DNA of 48,195 nucleotides from Elsinoe ampelina (Eukaryota): NCBI GenBank assembly GCA_010093995.1, contig ML992516.1, positions 62,001 to 110,195 of the forward strand, read 5' to 3'. Shown piece by piece: positions 46,730 to 48,195 of this stretch (position 1 is its first letter; each line of letters starts with the position of its first letter). The notes under the pieces were generated by a model. It saw only the letters and a program-made list of their open reading frames with translations, ran no database searches and was not told where the DNA came from. The position numbers and the translations under genes were made by a program.

Positions 46730-47002
46730 CTCCCTCTCTAGTATAGATTATTAAAGCTAGAGAACTGTCCTATTATATATAAGTAAAGTAATTAGCTTAT
46801 TACTTTATCTCTTTATAATTGCTTATAATTGTTAGTGTTAGTTAATTATTAGTAAGAATTTACTATTAGTTTAGCTTATAATTGCTAGTAACAATAGTAA
46901 CTATTAACAATAGCTAGGTAGCTATTATTTATATAAATAGACTAGCTTATAAGTCTTAATTAAAGAGATATAAGTATCTAACTAGCCTCTTTATAATTTC
47001 TC

Positions 47003-47507
47003 NNNNNNNNNNNNNNNNNNNNNNNNNNNNNNNNNNNNNNNNNNNNNNNNNNNNNNNNNNNNNNNNNNNNNNNNNNNNNNNNNNNNNNNNNNNNNNNNNN
47101 NNNNNNNNNNNNNNNNNNNNNNNNNNNNNNNNNNNNNNNNNNNNNNNNNNNNNNNNNNNNNNNNNNNNNNNNNNNNNNNNNNNNNNNNNNNNNNNNNNNN
47201 NNNNNNNNNNNNNNNNNNNNNNNNNNNNNNNNNNNNNNNNNNNNNNNNNNNNNNNNNNNNNNNNNNNNNNNNNNNNNNNNNNNNNNNNNNNNNNNNNNNN
47301 NNNNNNNNNNNNNNNNNNNNNNNNNNNNNNNNNNNNNNNNNNNNNNNNNNNNNNNNNNNNNNNNNNNNNNNNNNNNNNNNNNNNNNNNNNNNNNNNNNNN
47401 NNNNNNNNNNNNNNNNNNNNNNNNNNNNNNNNNNNNNNNNNNNNNNNNNNNNNNNNNNNNNNNNNNNNNNNNNNNNNNNNNNNNNNNNNNNNNNNNNNNN
47501 NNNNNNN
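47003..47507. other. Assembly gap (505 N)
   Basis: Run of N characters. Confidence 0.99.
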
Positions 47508-48195
47508 GCCTTTAGTACCTATAGTATACACCTAGTAGTTACTAATCCTATTCTAGTTAAGGATCTAACTAAGTAAGTTAACCTTACTAGATCTACTAAC
47601 TACTTTACTACTTTAATAGCTTCTAGTACTACTAGTAAAGTAGTCTACTATAGTACTAATTGCTATACTAAGTGTTAGGAATCTAACTCTAGTAATAATT
47701 AGAGTAAGGGTAGAGGTAGTAAGTTTAGTAAGTATATTACTTTACCTAGTTAGCTTAATAAGGCCTATACTTACTATGCTTATAGCAACTAATATACTAG
47801 ATATTCCTTAGCTAACTATACTTTAACTCTAAGGCCTATTAGCTCTCCTAAACCTATAAGGACCCTAGGTAGCTTAAGGGTTATTACCTAGCCTATTCTA
47901 TATAGCCTAATACACCTACTAATAGAGCTTCTAAGGTCTATCTCTTTTAGTAGTACTTTACCTTAGAGGTTCTTACTAAGGGCCTATATACTAGAGGCAT
48001 TATTAGGTATAGTTAATACTTTAATAACTTATACTAACTCTTATTACTTTATAGTAGTCCCTATAAACTTTATAGATTCTACTAACTTAACTACTACTAA
48101 GGTTTATAACTTAGCTACTATAGTAATAAACTATATAGTAGAGCTTATAAGAATTATAGCTACTAGCTACCTTAGTTAGCTTTCTCCTATTTATA

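Larger units (their letters stand above)
46588..48195 (-). mobile_element. RIP-degenerated LTR retrotransposon / AT-rich repeat block (assembly gap 47003-47507)
   Basis: Abrupt shift to AT-rich DNA with abundant TpA, TAG and CTA, and scarce CpA/TpG and CpG. No intact ORF. The PPT-LTR junction reads AGA GGG AGT GTT (the Copia-type RGSV end). Whether the DNA beyond the gap belongs to the same element cannot be determined. Confidence 0.8.

Noticed and set aside
46961..47002. KRLVRYL peptide resembling the Copia RT 'KRVLRYL' motif
   Set aside because: It is too close to the PPT for that motif and lies in heavily RIP-mutated DNA, so it is not reliable.
46956..47531. 191-aa ORF in the track
   Set aside because: It is an artefact of translating the N gap.
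1..48195. Prokaryotic features, CRISPR arrays, rRNA/tRNA genes or a secondary-metabolite cluster
   Set aside because: The sequence is intron-containing fungal DNA. I saw no repeat-spacer array, structural RNA gene, PKS, NRPS or terpene synthase.

Overview
Gene-dense, intron-containing eukaryotic DNA from a filamentous ascomycete (Pezizomycotina; inferred from short GT-AG introns with CTRAC branch points, gene content and a RIP signature). About 22 protein-coding genes can be modelled by hand. In order: a partial coiled-coil gene, fluG, COA6, SYS1, a small secreted orphan, a Q/P-rich coiled-coil protein, three tandem Alt a 1-like small secreted proteins, a coiled-coil ORF, CSN12, a BTB protein, a doubtful orphan ORF, a SPRY protein, an MBL-fold protein, a secreted phytase-like protein (GC-AG intron), GIS2/CNBP, a SLO1/SCOC-like protein, UAP1, an Spd1/Dif1-like RNR inhibitor, a type II membrane protein, Clr2, Nup2 and HPM1. 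The right end is an AT-rich, RIP-mutated Ty1/Copia-like element with a recognisable 3' LTR and polypurine tract, interrupted by a 505-N gap. Four observations stand out: (1) Nup2 appears to carry two tandem BET-type ET-domain-like modules; (2) the three highly diverged effector-like paralogs share an intron position and 4-Cys pattern; (3) many genes show a C-rich 5' to G-rich 3' compositional switch; (4) a Copia LTR points into the HPM1 promoter. All family assignments come from recalled motifs; no database searches were run.
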